Part shown: positions 37,437 to 50,500 of the stretch, in pieces | Layout: each line of letters opens with the position of its first letter | Numbering within the stretch: position 1 is the first letter of the stretch | Assembly: GCA_051294905.1 (NCBI GenBank) | Contig: CM119372.1 | Coordinates: forward strand, 5,458,001 to 5,522,000 | From: Botryllus schlosseri | Lineage: Eukaryota | Length of the DNA stretch: 64,000 bases | Reading direction: 5' to 3' | The notes under the pieces: generated by a model | Databases searched by the model: none | What the model saw: only the letters and a program-made list of their open reading frames with translations | Told to the model about the DNA's origin: nothing | Position numbers and translations under genes: made by a program

Positions 37437-40400
37437 CTACTCGTGTAAACACGCCAACAACGAATCGAGGTCCTTTCTTTGTCGAGCAAACAAGTCTCCT
37501 TCAAGAGAAAAATCAGTGAGTGCAGAGTTGAACTCGTCTTTGCGGTAGTTCATGAAGGAGAAGTCTGCTTCCACACGAGATGTGGTGGGCCTGACCGTTG
37601 CTAAACCAGCACCAAACTGACGTAAGGATGCAAAACGCTGTCCAGTGGTAGTCCACACTTGGTTGAAGGACGCACTGTCCTCCACCTTCAGCAGCGAAGC
37701 CTTGAATCTGGGCTCCTTGGCAACGGTCTCTCGCAAAAGAAGGTGCTCACTGCTCATCTGTGATCCTCTTGGGAAAGTTGTCATCGAAACCTATGCTTGA
37801 TGCGAGGCTTGTGCTTTCTGACGAGATGCACGAAGTCAACTGTAGAAGTCTCAATCAAGGCCAAAGGTGTGTGGGGGGCACTTCATCAAATTATTGACCA
37901 TAGCAGTTTCTTTCAGCCTTCATTTCCATAATTCCATTCAAAGCGACAAGATACAAAATCGATACTGATGGAAGTACTGAATTCCTTTCTGCATTACTTG
38001 CCAGATTTTCGAAATCTTCCGAGGCTGCCACACCCATGCACGTGATGAAGTCCTTCAACGTCTCTGCAGTGACTTAAGAGGGCCCCATCTTGATCCCATT
38101 GCCAGGTGGTACAACTTCAGCAACGTCGCTCGGGTTGGTGATGGATTCGTCGACGGTTACTCCACATCTCTGGACGAGTTCATCTGCCAATCATTCAATG
38201 TTGGTCATTTGCTGCGACATAGCTGCATTGCTGAGTTGCAAAGCATCAAATGTGATCATGATTGATGCCAAGGAATGATCCACGAATTGAAGAATGAGCC
38301 ACCGGGAAAACATGAATACCATTCAATTACCAGTTCACTAATGATAAACGAGTGTAGCATTGCATACCATGCCAAAGAAGGGTTATAAGCGAAAGACTTC
38401 TTTGTTGCATGTAAGTTGATACTCTCTCACGATTTGCTAATAACCATTTTGAAACCTTCGCCAAAGATTTCCACCAAACCGTGATATCGTATAGGGCAGG
38501 GGTTCTCAACTTTCCTTGTATAACGGGCCGCATTTTAACAGCAAAAGACGCTGCGGGCCGCAGAACTATGTTACCTTGCATTCATGGGCTACTATTAAAT
38601 TTAGGATATTGTAGCCGATTTACCAGTCGTATACCGGCATTTAGTACATTTCTATGCATTATAAAGTAATAATGAACAGCGTTCGTAAGTTTGCAGCTGC
38701 TGCTTGTGAGAATGTGTATCTTCTAGCGGCGCATGTAAATCCCTTCATGGAGCGTGCATTACATTCGTTGTCAAGACGGTATATGCAACTTCAAATCCTT
38801 CCACCAGAGAGCCGAACTCTTTGTTCCAATGCGTGGGTGAGCAAGTATAAAATTACTATAACTTTTGCGTTACAGAGCGTTACAGAGACCATTATCACAT
38901 TGAGCTCTGAGTGATATGAGAAGAAATCTGGTGTTTGGGGGCATTTCTGAACAAAACAATCAACATTTCTCCTTTCCGTTCATGCCTAGGGCAATGTACC
39001 AATAGTTACGGAAGTCAGCTTTGTCAAGTTGATATTTTTCGCTGGTCCCCTCCCCACGTTTGCCCACCCAGCCAGTATTTCTCTGCATATATGTCCACTC
39101 TGATGAAATTCAACCAGATAATTAGTTATACAATGTCGGTGGATTCATCCAAGGCTGCGTAAAAGTAGTCTACGCGGCAACGTGTTTCAGAACAGGCGAT
39201 TAAAGATTGACTAATATTGATGTTACTCGTCTGGTCAGGATTGAATCAGACGATTGCATCTTCGAAATTTGTCTGGTGATGTTGTCCTTGCTGCTAAGTT
39301 CCGGAAACAGCAAATATTCGCAAAGTATGTTACGATTTTATTGAAATCACACCTTCTATATCAGATTTCTTGGGTTTAGCGATATTCGAAGCAATTTTAA
39401 ACGATGCGTCTGTAACGTCGTCGGCAATCTCAACAACCGTTCGCAGTGAGTCAAACACTCTTTAAAAGTGTAGGTCTACTAAGAAGCGGGATTCTCTTGA
39501 ACCAGAGTCCAGCCGAATAATGATTCAAAACAATAACAATCTGAAGTCGAGCATATATCAAGAAACGAGAGCACATTGAAGAAGTGGTTCTCAAACATTT
39601 TTAGTCACGCCCCCCCCCCTTTTTGATAGGGAAAAATTTCGTGCCCCCTTATCGTCATATAACAAAATGCAACCAGAATGCTAGCAATACAAACGGCTAA
39701 TATTTTGATGGCATGGAAGGTTATAGCCGTTGATCAGAGAATTCTCAAATATGAAATTCGGACTATACACAGAGAAATAACAGTGAGGGATAAATTGCGC
39801 GCAGCGCGAAATTTTTTTCAGTTGACCGCACCTTCGCGCCTCCTTCAGATGCTTCACGCACCAAAGAGGGCGCGTGCCCCCAGTTTGAGAACCACTGTCT
39901 TCAAGAATGAGTAATCAAACGAAACAGAGACGGTGCGATAAAAGAGCTAAGTATCTAAATTAATTTGTAACAATACCGTGTCATTAGTAATTGCGTTTAT
40001 AATGAAAGATGTCGCGGGCCACAAAATATACGTCTGCGGGCCGCATGCGGCCCGCGGGCCGCGGGTTGAGAACCCCTGGTATAGGGGCACTTCGTACTGC
40101 CCATACTTTGTATAAGAGTCTTCTGCCGAAGAAGGTACCGAATAACTTCAGTCAACGGCTTCATGAATGTTAATACACCACAATCGTCGGGTTTAGTCGC
40201 TGCCTTCTTTGTGACGAGGTCGAGCTGATGCGCAAGGCACCACAAACGATAAAACGCTTCCTTGCACAAAGATTCATTTCTTAAGAGGGTCGAGAACCCT
40301 GCGGTATGGCCTGTCATATTTCCAGCTCCATCCGTTGATGAACCTATCAGCTTCATGCGTCAATCACAACGCAAAGCGTCCATGATCTTGATAAATTGAT

Positions 40401-41308
40401 CAACATAAACTTTCCCTGTGTGCGAGAGACCAAACAATGCTATGGCAAGAAGATGGCACCCATTCGTGACTTCAGCGCTGCCTGCAAATCCAACACCCAA
40501 TGGGAATCGAATCCTCAAATCAAGGTGGGAGTCCTGTGAAACCTTATTGTTCGACTCATCGCAGCCAATGGAGAATGCCCACGAAGCTTTCTTGATTTCA
40601 GACAGCGTCTGCAAACCAATCGCACATGTAATACGCGACATGTTCGAGTCTTCTCCCAGTGATATGGTGCCCACTTTCGCAGCAGCAGCAGCCAAATTTT
40701 CTCGGTCAGTTCGAACGAATTTTGCAAACAGACGAAAACTGAGAGCTGCAGCATGGTTGAATTGTGCCTTGTTTCGAATGGTGATAGTGTAGGATATCAC
40801 GTCACCAGCTTCGTTCTTCACCGGCGTGAACGCACGCATCGCGATGTCCCTCAGCCAATGACTCTTCCGTCGAGTCGAACAACATCTCTTTGGCGATGAC
40901 CTCGACAATCTTCTTGTCAACGGAGTAGGACAACCTCCCGTTCATGTCGCCTTTCTTGAAAAAGAACGCTTGCAGCTGAGCCTGAGAGAAGAACTCTTTG
41001 AAAGCGTCCGACGCTGCTTCCTGATTATCTCTTGCTGGAATGTACTCCTTCCACTTATTCAGATACTGTTCTCGCATGTGCTTGAGAATGTTTCCTGGAT
41101 TGAACTTGTTCTTCGTGAACGTTTGGGACGCTTTGGTCTTCTTGCGTTTCCGAACCGCTGCATCAGTTGGATGGGTTTCACGACCAAATACTTGGCAGAA
41201 AGAACACACAGCGGAATCAACGACGCCTCTGGCATCACGGCTTGCAACGCGTATGCCGAATCGCTCAACGTAGGCCTTCATATATGGATACTTGCGTTCA
41301 GGAAGCAT
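37437..41308 (-). pseudogene. Frameshifted hAT-type transposase pseudogene
   Basis: Successive ORF fragments in hAT order: CSFCQVFGRE, WAFSIGCDES, STDGAGNMTG, WCLAHQLDL, PTTSRVEADFS...LTDFSLEG. Interrupted by frameshifts, stops and the insertion at 38497-40078. Confidence 0.85.
38497..40078 (-). mobile_element. Internally deleted Buster-type hAT element inserted in the transposase pseudogene
   Basis: TIR CAGGGGTTCTCAAC, perfect TSD GTATAGGG. Minus-strand remnants MQSSDSILTRRV and YFYAALDESTDI at ~39130-39260. Confidence 0.9.
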
Positions 41309-44300
41309 GTTCAACAAGGTAAAATAAGGAATGGCAAGTGCAAGGAGCTGCTCACGGCCTAGGAAGCGCCCCACGGCCTGCCGTACGGCAGATTAATATA
41401 TCGCACTTTTCGAGGCCTAATATATCTCATTGCGATATATTAAGGCAATTGCGATATATTAAATCGGCCTGTACATATCAGCTATACCCTATTTCATGTA
41501 CCGTTTGGTGAGTCACCGTAGTTCGCCTAAACGCGCGAAGCGCGACAAATTGAGATAATTCATGTTTGAATCGGTCAATATGGTCGGGAATTGCACATAT
41601 ATTGCTATCAGTTTTTTATCCTCTTTCTGCTCGCGTAATCAGATTTACCGGTAGAGCTGAGTGTGGTGTGCTGGAAAATGTAGGACCCATAAATAATAAT
41701 TAAACATGTTCGGGCGGAATCGTTGTTATATTGACTCCGTTACATGATGCTATTTTGTGACCTCCTATATCTGCTATGTCAGAAGATATGGAAGTCGTCA
41801 AAACGTACCAAACTAAAAGACGCACATGATTTCAAATTGGTATTTCTGTACTGGCAAATAATTTTTTCCTTGCGGGATGGCATTTGTCCTGTAGGGTTAA
41901 GGTCGCCAGGACAGGAACATTCGACGCCAGCCATTGAGGCGCCTATGGACAATTAAACATATATGTATTTATATATCGAAGTTTTCGGTCAGCACCCGGG
42001 CATTCCTTTTCAGCCAAGGCCTTCTCGCTGCTGATCGTTCTGGCACACTTCTCGGAGTCGCATGATACATTGTCTCTAACTTCATATGTCTTGGTGCGCC
42101 GTGGCGCAGTAATGGCCGACGCCGAAGTCTCCCATTTCCAAAATCAAGCGTATTTTTTTTGTTGGGTGACGGGTACCCCAAAATCAAGATATATGACAGT
42201 ATGAAATCGCGCGCAGCGCGAAAAATATCTGAATAAGTTGCATGAATTTCTAAAAGATTACTCTATAATTATTGCTAATTCACGCAATAATTTTGGGCCC
42301 CCACCCCCAATTGGGGAGTTTGGGATGCGGTAGTTACGGTCCCGACTCCAATATAGCCGTTTTAACGCGCCATCGCCCCCATATCGCCCCCTTCGTCCAT
42401 TTTCGCCCCCCTATCGCCCCCTTTGTTATTTTCGCCCCCCTCGACCGCGAAATCGCCCCCTGGGGAGCGATATCGCCCACGTTGGCAACCACTGTAGTAG
42501 ACGATCAACACGGTCATAATCGGAAATATTTGGGTGTAGGAATTGTATGCAGTGTACGCAGTTTCTATAGATAACTAGTTATCTATAGTTTGTTCTGGTT
42601 TTTTAATTCATGAGATTAACACTAACTTTATGCGCTGCGATCAACTGGTTTCCTTAATCCTTGTTTGATAAATCCTGGCGAACACGCTGATCGACTTTAT
42701 TGCTAATCCAACTTTATTATATCCACCCTTAGTGTATATCCCCCCGTGTACCACCCATGATAAACAGGTGAGAATATACACTTATCACACACGAAGCCCG
42801 AACCTACCTAAGACTTATACCGCGGTGTAAAGCGAATACAACACATAAATTCGAATTATGCATGTAGGTAAGAAGATATGAAGCTATGCACTAGACACGT
42901 GGGATTTATGACCAAGATATTATTTCGATTTAGGTCCTGTTCTCATGCACCACCCCTTTCGGCCCTTTGGGTGTGAATTCGCACTCTTCTCGGAAAACCA
43001 GTTTCCGTGTCTACTTTCCGTCGAGTTTAATGTTTGTTTTCACGTCATATGCAGAATAAGCCGTCTTCACGTGCATTTGTTGGCCGTGTTAATTAAATGT
43101 ATCTCACTGGACATTCTAACATTTTCGCACCTATCGCCCCCCAGTTGCCCCCTTTGGTATTTTGATCCCCTTGTTTCTCAAATTCGCCCACTAGGGTATG
43201 AGACACTCAAATCGATCCGTATCCAAGACACCATAGCAATACTCAGTGTTGGCGAATTCAACAAAATCACTATCTTGACCCAGTTAAAATATAATTTTCG
43301 GTGGTCTAGCCTGAATGTACGTCAAATCAGAAAGGACCTCAAATTTAAACGACAGTGATATAATCAAGCGATCTATTTACATGGGGTGCCAAATATTTCA
43401 AGTAAAAAGTTTGTTGCATGAAAAAGCAACTGAAAATTGCAAAAGGTTTCATGAAAAATCGAAAAAAGCTGAAAAAAGTTTCATGAAAAATCGAAAAAGT
43501 TACACGAAAAAAAACGGCTAAAAGTTGCTAAAAGTTGCGGCATAAGATTCCTTCAAACAACACACTGCATAACTTGTGAGTATTTGAGAAGTGGCCGGAA
43601 GCTGTAAAAAAATTTGCAAAAACTTGCCGTAGTCATATATAATGTGTCAAGTCAAATGACTTGGTCGAGTCATGCGCAATGACTCAAGTACAAGTCGAGT
43701 TAATACACAAATTGACTCGAGCTGAGACGAGTTGAGTCAACGAAAAACGATGACTCCAGTCATAACAACCCTGGTATATAGAGGCTTAGTTCAGCTCAGT
43801 TCAGCTTAAGAATATTTGCCTGGTCAAAACATCACAATTTGCCATACAATGAAGAGATACAAAGGAGTCGAAATTTCTGGGCATAGACATTCAATTGATC
43901 ATCCACTTCGGCCTACAGATATTTATAAAATAGCAACATGCAGATAACAGACACGCACACGCACAATCGTACCGTGGTGGATACCTGTGTCCTATTTTCC
44001 GTCCTTTTCAACCAATTATTACTTGTTACCGATCTTGTGTCGCTCTTCCTTGGTACCTTAGTTGCAGGCCTAGTTGTGAATGTTGTGATGTATATTGTAG
44101 TGCTCTTTTCAGTTAGTAAAAGCCTTAGATACTGTATGTAATAATGGTCATCACACGCAGATTGAATGATGAAAATCGAAAATAGAGTAAAACGGACAAT
44201 CCATGAAAATGAAGTGGCGTGCCATTGAAGGTGCGAAAATAATTTAGATTTTAGCTTTTAATTTTAGCTTAAATTAAAATTAAATAAAGCGGATGCTCGG

Positions 44301-45608
44301 CGATACCAAAATACATTTTTCAGTACAAATATCAGTATAGCGTATAGCTACTTGTCGTGTTGGCATTGACGTGGGTATAACACAGTCGTTTACAGTCGTT
44401 TATAATCAACGCAAACATAAAACACTCAATATTCCGCACATGAAACCGAAGCGTTGCGAAACATCTATCTCAAGGAAAGCGGTGGCGGACGAATGTGAAA
44501 GAACCTTCAAAGCTGAAACGAAACTAATCACCATTATGTGGAAACACAGAGAAAAGCAAATATACGTCAACAGTACCCAGAGAATGTATCCAGGTGGCGC
44601 GAAGTCCGAAACATGTCTTTCAGCCAGTAAGCAATTTAAATTATGCCGACTACAATCAGTGGAAGCCCGTATAGTCATGATAGATGATTGTAAACGAGCC
44701 AGGAAAGTATCGTAACTGCCTCATCCCAAAGGGGCGAGTGAACCTGTTTGAGCTGTAGGCCCAAGTTCTAAAGAAATAATTTGAGCAGAATTCACATATT
44801 GAAATTGCGGAACTATCATATTCATTTAATGATCATTTTGGAATTCTACTGACTAACCAATGGCTCCCAACGTTTTTGTGTGCTACCCTTATCGCAGAAC
44901 TTAACCGCTCTCTCAATATTATGGGCTTAAAGATTTGTTAATGGTTCAATATCAGTCGTGTAACGGAGATAAAACAGGATGTGACGTACCACTTATAGTG
45001 AAAGGCTTGAATCGATCGGATTTCGAAAACATCTACACATATATTTATATAACACTTTCTCAGCATGGCGGATCAGACAGGTATGTATGCAAGATTACCT
45101 TTTATTATTAAATTCTTTTGTGACATAACTTGTGTTGAGATACCTGTGTGAGTAAAGTTTACGAACTGCGATACACGAAAGAAAAATAGTGAATACGGAA
45201 AACAGAATAATTTACCGACTGACGGCGGCGAAATTGCGGGTAGTTTCTTTCCGAAATGAAAATCAAACACCGTGATGTAGGGTCTACGTCGCTTAGAATT
45301 TCACAAATGAAAGGGTTGCAAACCAATCCAAACGCCATATTCCACTGGACACAATCCGAAACCCAAACGTTTATGTCGTTTGACTTCAGAAACATTTTGA
45401 AGTAGTTTAAAAGGAGCAGAAGTATTCCAAACCCATTTTCACCAAAAATAGACGTAATTCGTTACTGGTCATCTCCGGTGGGAAGTTAATACTTCAAAAA
45501 TATAAAGGTTTCGCCGAATATTTCTTACGGGACGAGGTAATGAAATAATACTACGTTTTCACTCTGACATTACAAAGACGACCGGTGATAGTCAATAAAA
45601 TGGCTACG

Positions 45609-45717
<109 letters not shown>

Positions 45718-46441
45718 CCACAGGCCACAGGCCACAGGCCACAGGCCACAGGCCAGGCCATCATGAAATCCATTTTGTGGTAGTAAGCTCGTGTTGTAAC
45801 GCTAACTCTAGAATATCACTGGGTGAAAAGTGACATCATGTTTTGCGTCATTTTCATGTCTAAATTGTAGGATATGGGGATGTCCTTCGAAAGTCTATAC
45901 CACGCATGTCAGTCTTACTCGGATATTTTTGTAATCGCACCACCTCATTCGTTATATATCATGCAGGTGACATGGAAAAGATAACAACCGGGTCTTATAC
46001 TACGTACACCACGAAAAACACACGGGAAAGTGTAGGTAATTAAGGAGAAATGATGACTACATACATCCCAGCTGTTCCAGAACCTTTAGTGTCAATGTTC
46101 TGTCGAGCCCGTGGTCTCATATAGGACCATTTGCACACACAGGATCATTCAACTCACGAATAGAAGTATCTCCGTGGCCCATTGTAATTATTATTATTTA
46201 TTTATGCAACAGACACCAGCGATACCGTGACGAATGCAACAAAAAGCTCATTTCATTCACGTAAGTGATATATTTTAGCATTAACGAGTAATTGTTCAGT
46301 AGTTTCGTACTTTTATCATACCATACACTAACAAATATGAATATGAGATACAGCGGAGTCGAGTCATGTTCAGTAATTACGTACATTTATGATAGCATAC
46401 ATTAAAAGATTCGAAGTCGTCAAAGATGGCTATTGGCTACA

Positions 46442-46446
<5 letters not shown>

Positions 46447-46528
<82 letters not shown>
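46447..46528. repeat. (CA)n microsatellite, ~41 units
   Basis: Direct reading. Confidence 0.98.
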
Positions 46529-46530
<2 letters not shown>

Positions 46531-47553
46531 ACACAGACCAAGGCCATCATGAAATCCATGTTGTGGTAGTATAAGCTCGTGTTGTAACGCTAACCTTGGA
46601 ATATAACTGGACTGGACTGGACATCATGTTTTTCGTGAATTTATACCGCGCATGTCAGTCTTACTCGGATATTTTTGTAACCGCACCACCTCATCTGTGA
46701 TGCATCATGCAGGTGACATGGAAAAGATTACAACTGGGTCTTATACAACGTACACCACGGAAAACACACGGGAAAGTGTAGGTAATTAAGGAGAAATGAG
46801 GAGTATATACAATGCATCCTTTGGCTGTTCCGGAACATTTAGTGTCAATATCCTGCCGAGACCGTGGCCTCACTTAGGACCATTTTCACACACGGGATAA
46901 TTCAACTCACAAACAGTAGTCTCTCCGTGACTCATTGCACTTATTGTTCTTTACTTATACAGCAGACACCGGTGATACAGTGACGAATGCGACTAAAAGC
47001 TCATATCATTCACGTAAGTGATATATTTTAGCATTAACGAGTAATTGTTCAGTAGTTTCGTACTTTTATCATACCATACACATACACTAACAAATATGAA
47101 TATGAGATACAGCGAAGTCGTCAGATGCCTTACTGCGGTTGCAATCATGTACCGGGGCCTACCGGTTATCCTTCCACTAGAGATTCTGTGTGAATATCCC
47201 TCTAAAAGGCACCTCGAAGGCGGAGTTGTCGATAACTTAAATTACACGACACATAAACTACTTATTTCGCCCCATGGTGTGAATCGTTTTATTCGGCACC
47301 GCAGTCCAGAATGTAAATGTTCCCACTTCGATTTCCGCAGCCCTGTCTCTTTCAAGATTATTGTGATGTGATGGTGAAATAACTACAGTACGGTTCGATA
47401 AAAATAACATAGTTTCGTAACGTACCTTACGTTAACGAATATAACGGAGCCTACCGTAAATTAGTACTGTGCTATTCGTCCAAATTCAAGCGCAACCTTA
47501 TCGTACCTGCCTATAATACCAGGTACTTTGGTAACACTGTCCTTTCATTGCAG

Positions 47554-50500
47554 CGGCGGTCATTGTGGTTCCTGTGATATTTATGATACTGGTGCTGGGC
47601 TTATTGGTGGCCTGCTGGTATCACAGGTAATATTTATACGTTGGCAGTCATTGTATGATATAGTGTGATATATAGGAACTATTTTACAGGCGCAAAACTC
47701 ACAAACGACCTACAGATCGTTCAAGTTCAGGGTACGGATATAGGCCTACAAATACAATTATACATGAACTTATACCTTCAAATCCTAAACGAGCATGACG
47801 CAATAAGAGTTGTAGATCAATAGATTTCTTATGTATCTCTACACTTCCTTACTTGCTGCAGCAAGGTTGACGTACGCGGCGGCGACTGCAAGTCTCAAAA
47901 TAACGATGAATGTACTTGTACGACGTATGAAGCAACTGAGGGTTCGGAGACATATGATAATAGTCCAACCATCACATCATCTGACGTTCCCGAATACGAG
48001 TAAGTTTGATTGATTCATTCATTCAGACTCATTTATACGATGCGTTTCTCCAGAACATCCCAATCTGCATGCCTATTCTGTTATTCCGTCAAGAGCAGTG
48101 GTTCCCAAACTTTTTCGGTGTGAGGGCCAAATTTAGAATTTCTGAGTACGGTCGGGGCCGCACGAATACTGCGGCTATGAAACGGACCCAAACAGTCATC
48201 ATGGCTATTTCGGAGTAGTTTTATTGCCCTGGCGAGATTTCAAAACTGTACACTGTTTACCGCTACTTATATGCTGCATTGGGTGTCCGTTGAGTGATTC
48301 AGCTTTTCTCGCCTAAACGCGCGAAGCGCGAGAAATTTCTTTAGTTTCATGGCTGAATCGGTCAATATGATCGGGAATTGCATGTATTGCTATCAATTTT
48401 CATCCTGTCTCTGTTCACGTAATCTGATTTACCGGTAGAGCTGAGTGAGGTGTGTTTGAAAAGGTATAGGCCCCCTCAATAGTAATTAAACATCTCCGGG
48501 GGTATACCCGTTGGCATACCCGTTGGCAGGAACGTTACAGCACTTCGTCATGACCCCGGGCTCCCATAGGGTGATAAACTGACCCCGCATCACGTTGTTC
48601 GCTTTTGCCACGAAATTAAAGTTGTACTGTTTAGTGAGACAGCGCGACGCGCGAATATTTCGATTATTCATGACAAAATCGGCGAATTAGATCGGGAATT
48701 GCCTGGTTGTCCTCTTTGCCCACGTAATCAGATTTACCGGTAGAGCTGAGTGAGAGGTGTCTTTGAAACTGCAGACCCCGTGAAATTAAACATCTTCGGG
48801 CGGGCGGACCCCTAGGTATGACTTCTTTACATGATGTTATTTCATGACCTCCTGTCTTCTATATCAAAAAATATAGAATTGCCCAAACCTACTAAACTGA
48901 AAGATCACACGATTTCAGATTGGTATTTCTTCACTGGCATATAATTTTCTTTCCTGCGGGATGGTATTTGTCTTGTGAGCTTCAGATTGCCAAGACAAGA
49001 ACATTCGGCCCCAGTCATTTAGGCGTCTACATGGACAATTAAACCTATTTGTATTTTGTATATGTAACGAAGTTTTTGGTATTTCGAAGTTTTTGATCAG
49101 CATTAAAGCAGTCCTTTACGGCCAAGGCTTTCTCGCTGCCGATCGTTCTGACACACTTCTTGGAGTCACATGTTACATGACCTAAAACTTTATATGTCTT
49201 GGTGCGATGTGGTGCGGTCATGGCCAACGCTGATATGCCCATTTCTATAAATCTTGCGTACTTTTTCTTGGGGAAGAGTACCCAATAATCAAGATATGTG
49301 GCGAATTGAAATCGTGCATAGCGCGAAAAATTTTTGAAAAAGTTGCATAAATTTTCAAAAATTACTCTATAATTTATGCTAATTCACGATATAATTTAAT
49401 GCCTCCTTCGAGCTCGGCCCCCTTCAATTGGGGGGTTTGGGGTGCGGCAGTTACGGCCCTGACTATATAGGACTACCAATTATGCTGCTTTTAGCCGGCT
49501 AAGCAGTATGCATCTCGGCGTATTCAACCGTGAGTCACGTGTTGCACATCTAGTTATCATAGGGTTACCATACGTTTTCTTTTAAGATGATTTGTCCTCT
49601 TTTTAAACTTTTTATAAAGTGTCCTCGGAGGACGCCCAAATGTCTTCTTTTTTGAGATTTTGTCTTCTTTTTTGAGGATTTTGGTTACATATAGGGCCAA
49701 ACTCGACTGATATACATTAAGTCAGCACTGCAGGAACGCTACGGCGGCTATTTCGGGAGCTGGACCGGAAAGTTGACCTTTTTTTCAGTTAACCACCTGT
49801 TAATGTGAAAGAAAAACTGTATTTTCCGGGAGTTGAGCCTCTTTTTCTTTTTTAGTCAAGCGACCACGAAGTGGAAAAAACTTACCTTTTTGGGGGGATT
49901 TTCCTCCGGTTTTGAAAGTTATCAATACCTATTCATATCTATAGCTACTGCTCGTTCAACTGGAAAGTTAGGGCACATTGCATTGAAACAGCAGTGACGT
50001 AACGTTAGCAGTCTATACTCACAACTTTCGTGCAATTCTATAATTAAAAACTACAGAGGTCAAGCCAAGCAAGAGTATTTTATAAATATAAATTTTATTT
50101 TTTGTTATAAATCGATTTCTTAATATATTTTGGGGGCCGCAAGAAGGCTATCTGGGGGCCGCGCTTGGGAATCACTGGTCAAGAGAGAATAAATTGCCAA
50201 TGTAATTACTGGGCAACCTGTGGCTCGCGAGTTGCATGCTTCTCGTCGCTTGGTTTCATGCGGCTCTTCAATCTAATTTGTATTTTTTCAACTTTCATAA
50301 CTAACATCATCTTAAACTTTCGCAAACCCATTGATATATAAATGAGGGTTTATAAGCAGTAAATGGAACAGGCTTGAATCATTTTCAGTTGATCGACGTC
50401 AATGTATCGTACATTCGATAGTATGGATTATCCCTGATCTCGAGACAGCATACGTGTCTGGTAGGGTGGCATTTAAATCAAATAGCGTTTTAGAAAAGCG

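Larger units (their letters stand above)
37280..41471 (-). mobile_element. hAT-like transposon carrying a decayed transposase
   Basis: Perfect 24-bp TIR CAGGCCGATTTAATATATCGCAAT with ATATCGCA subterminal repeats. Flanks tacatc / tacatatc suggest an eroded TSD. Confidence 0.9.
37117..42494. mobile_element. Outer non-autonomous hAT element of a four-level nest
   Basis: TIR CAGTGGTT(C/G)CCAAC, atcgcccc repeats, perfect TSD TAGTAGAC. Confidence 0.9.

Noticed and set aside
31813..45240. Candidate plus-strand ectodomain exons of gene B (~31850-32110, ~33660-33778, ~36700, ~44480-44593, ~45155-45239 ending LPTDGGEIA)
   Set aside because: Open frames and some splice sites exist, but I found no recognisable domain or consistent phase chain. 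Transcript data are needed.
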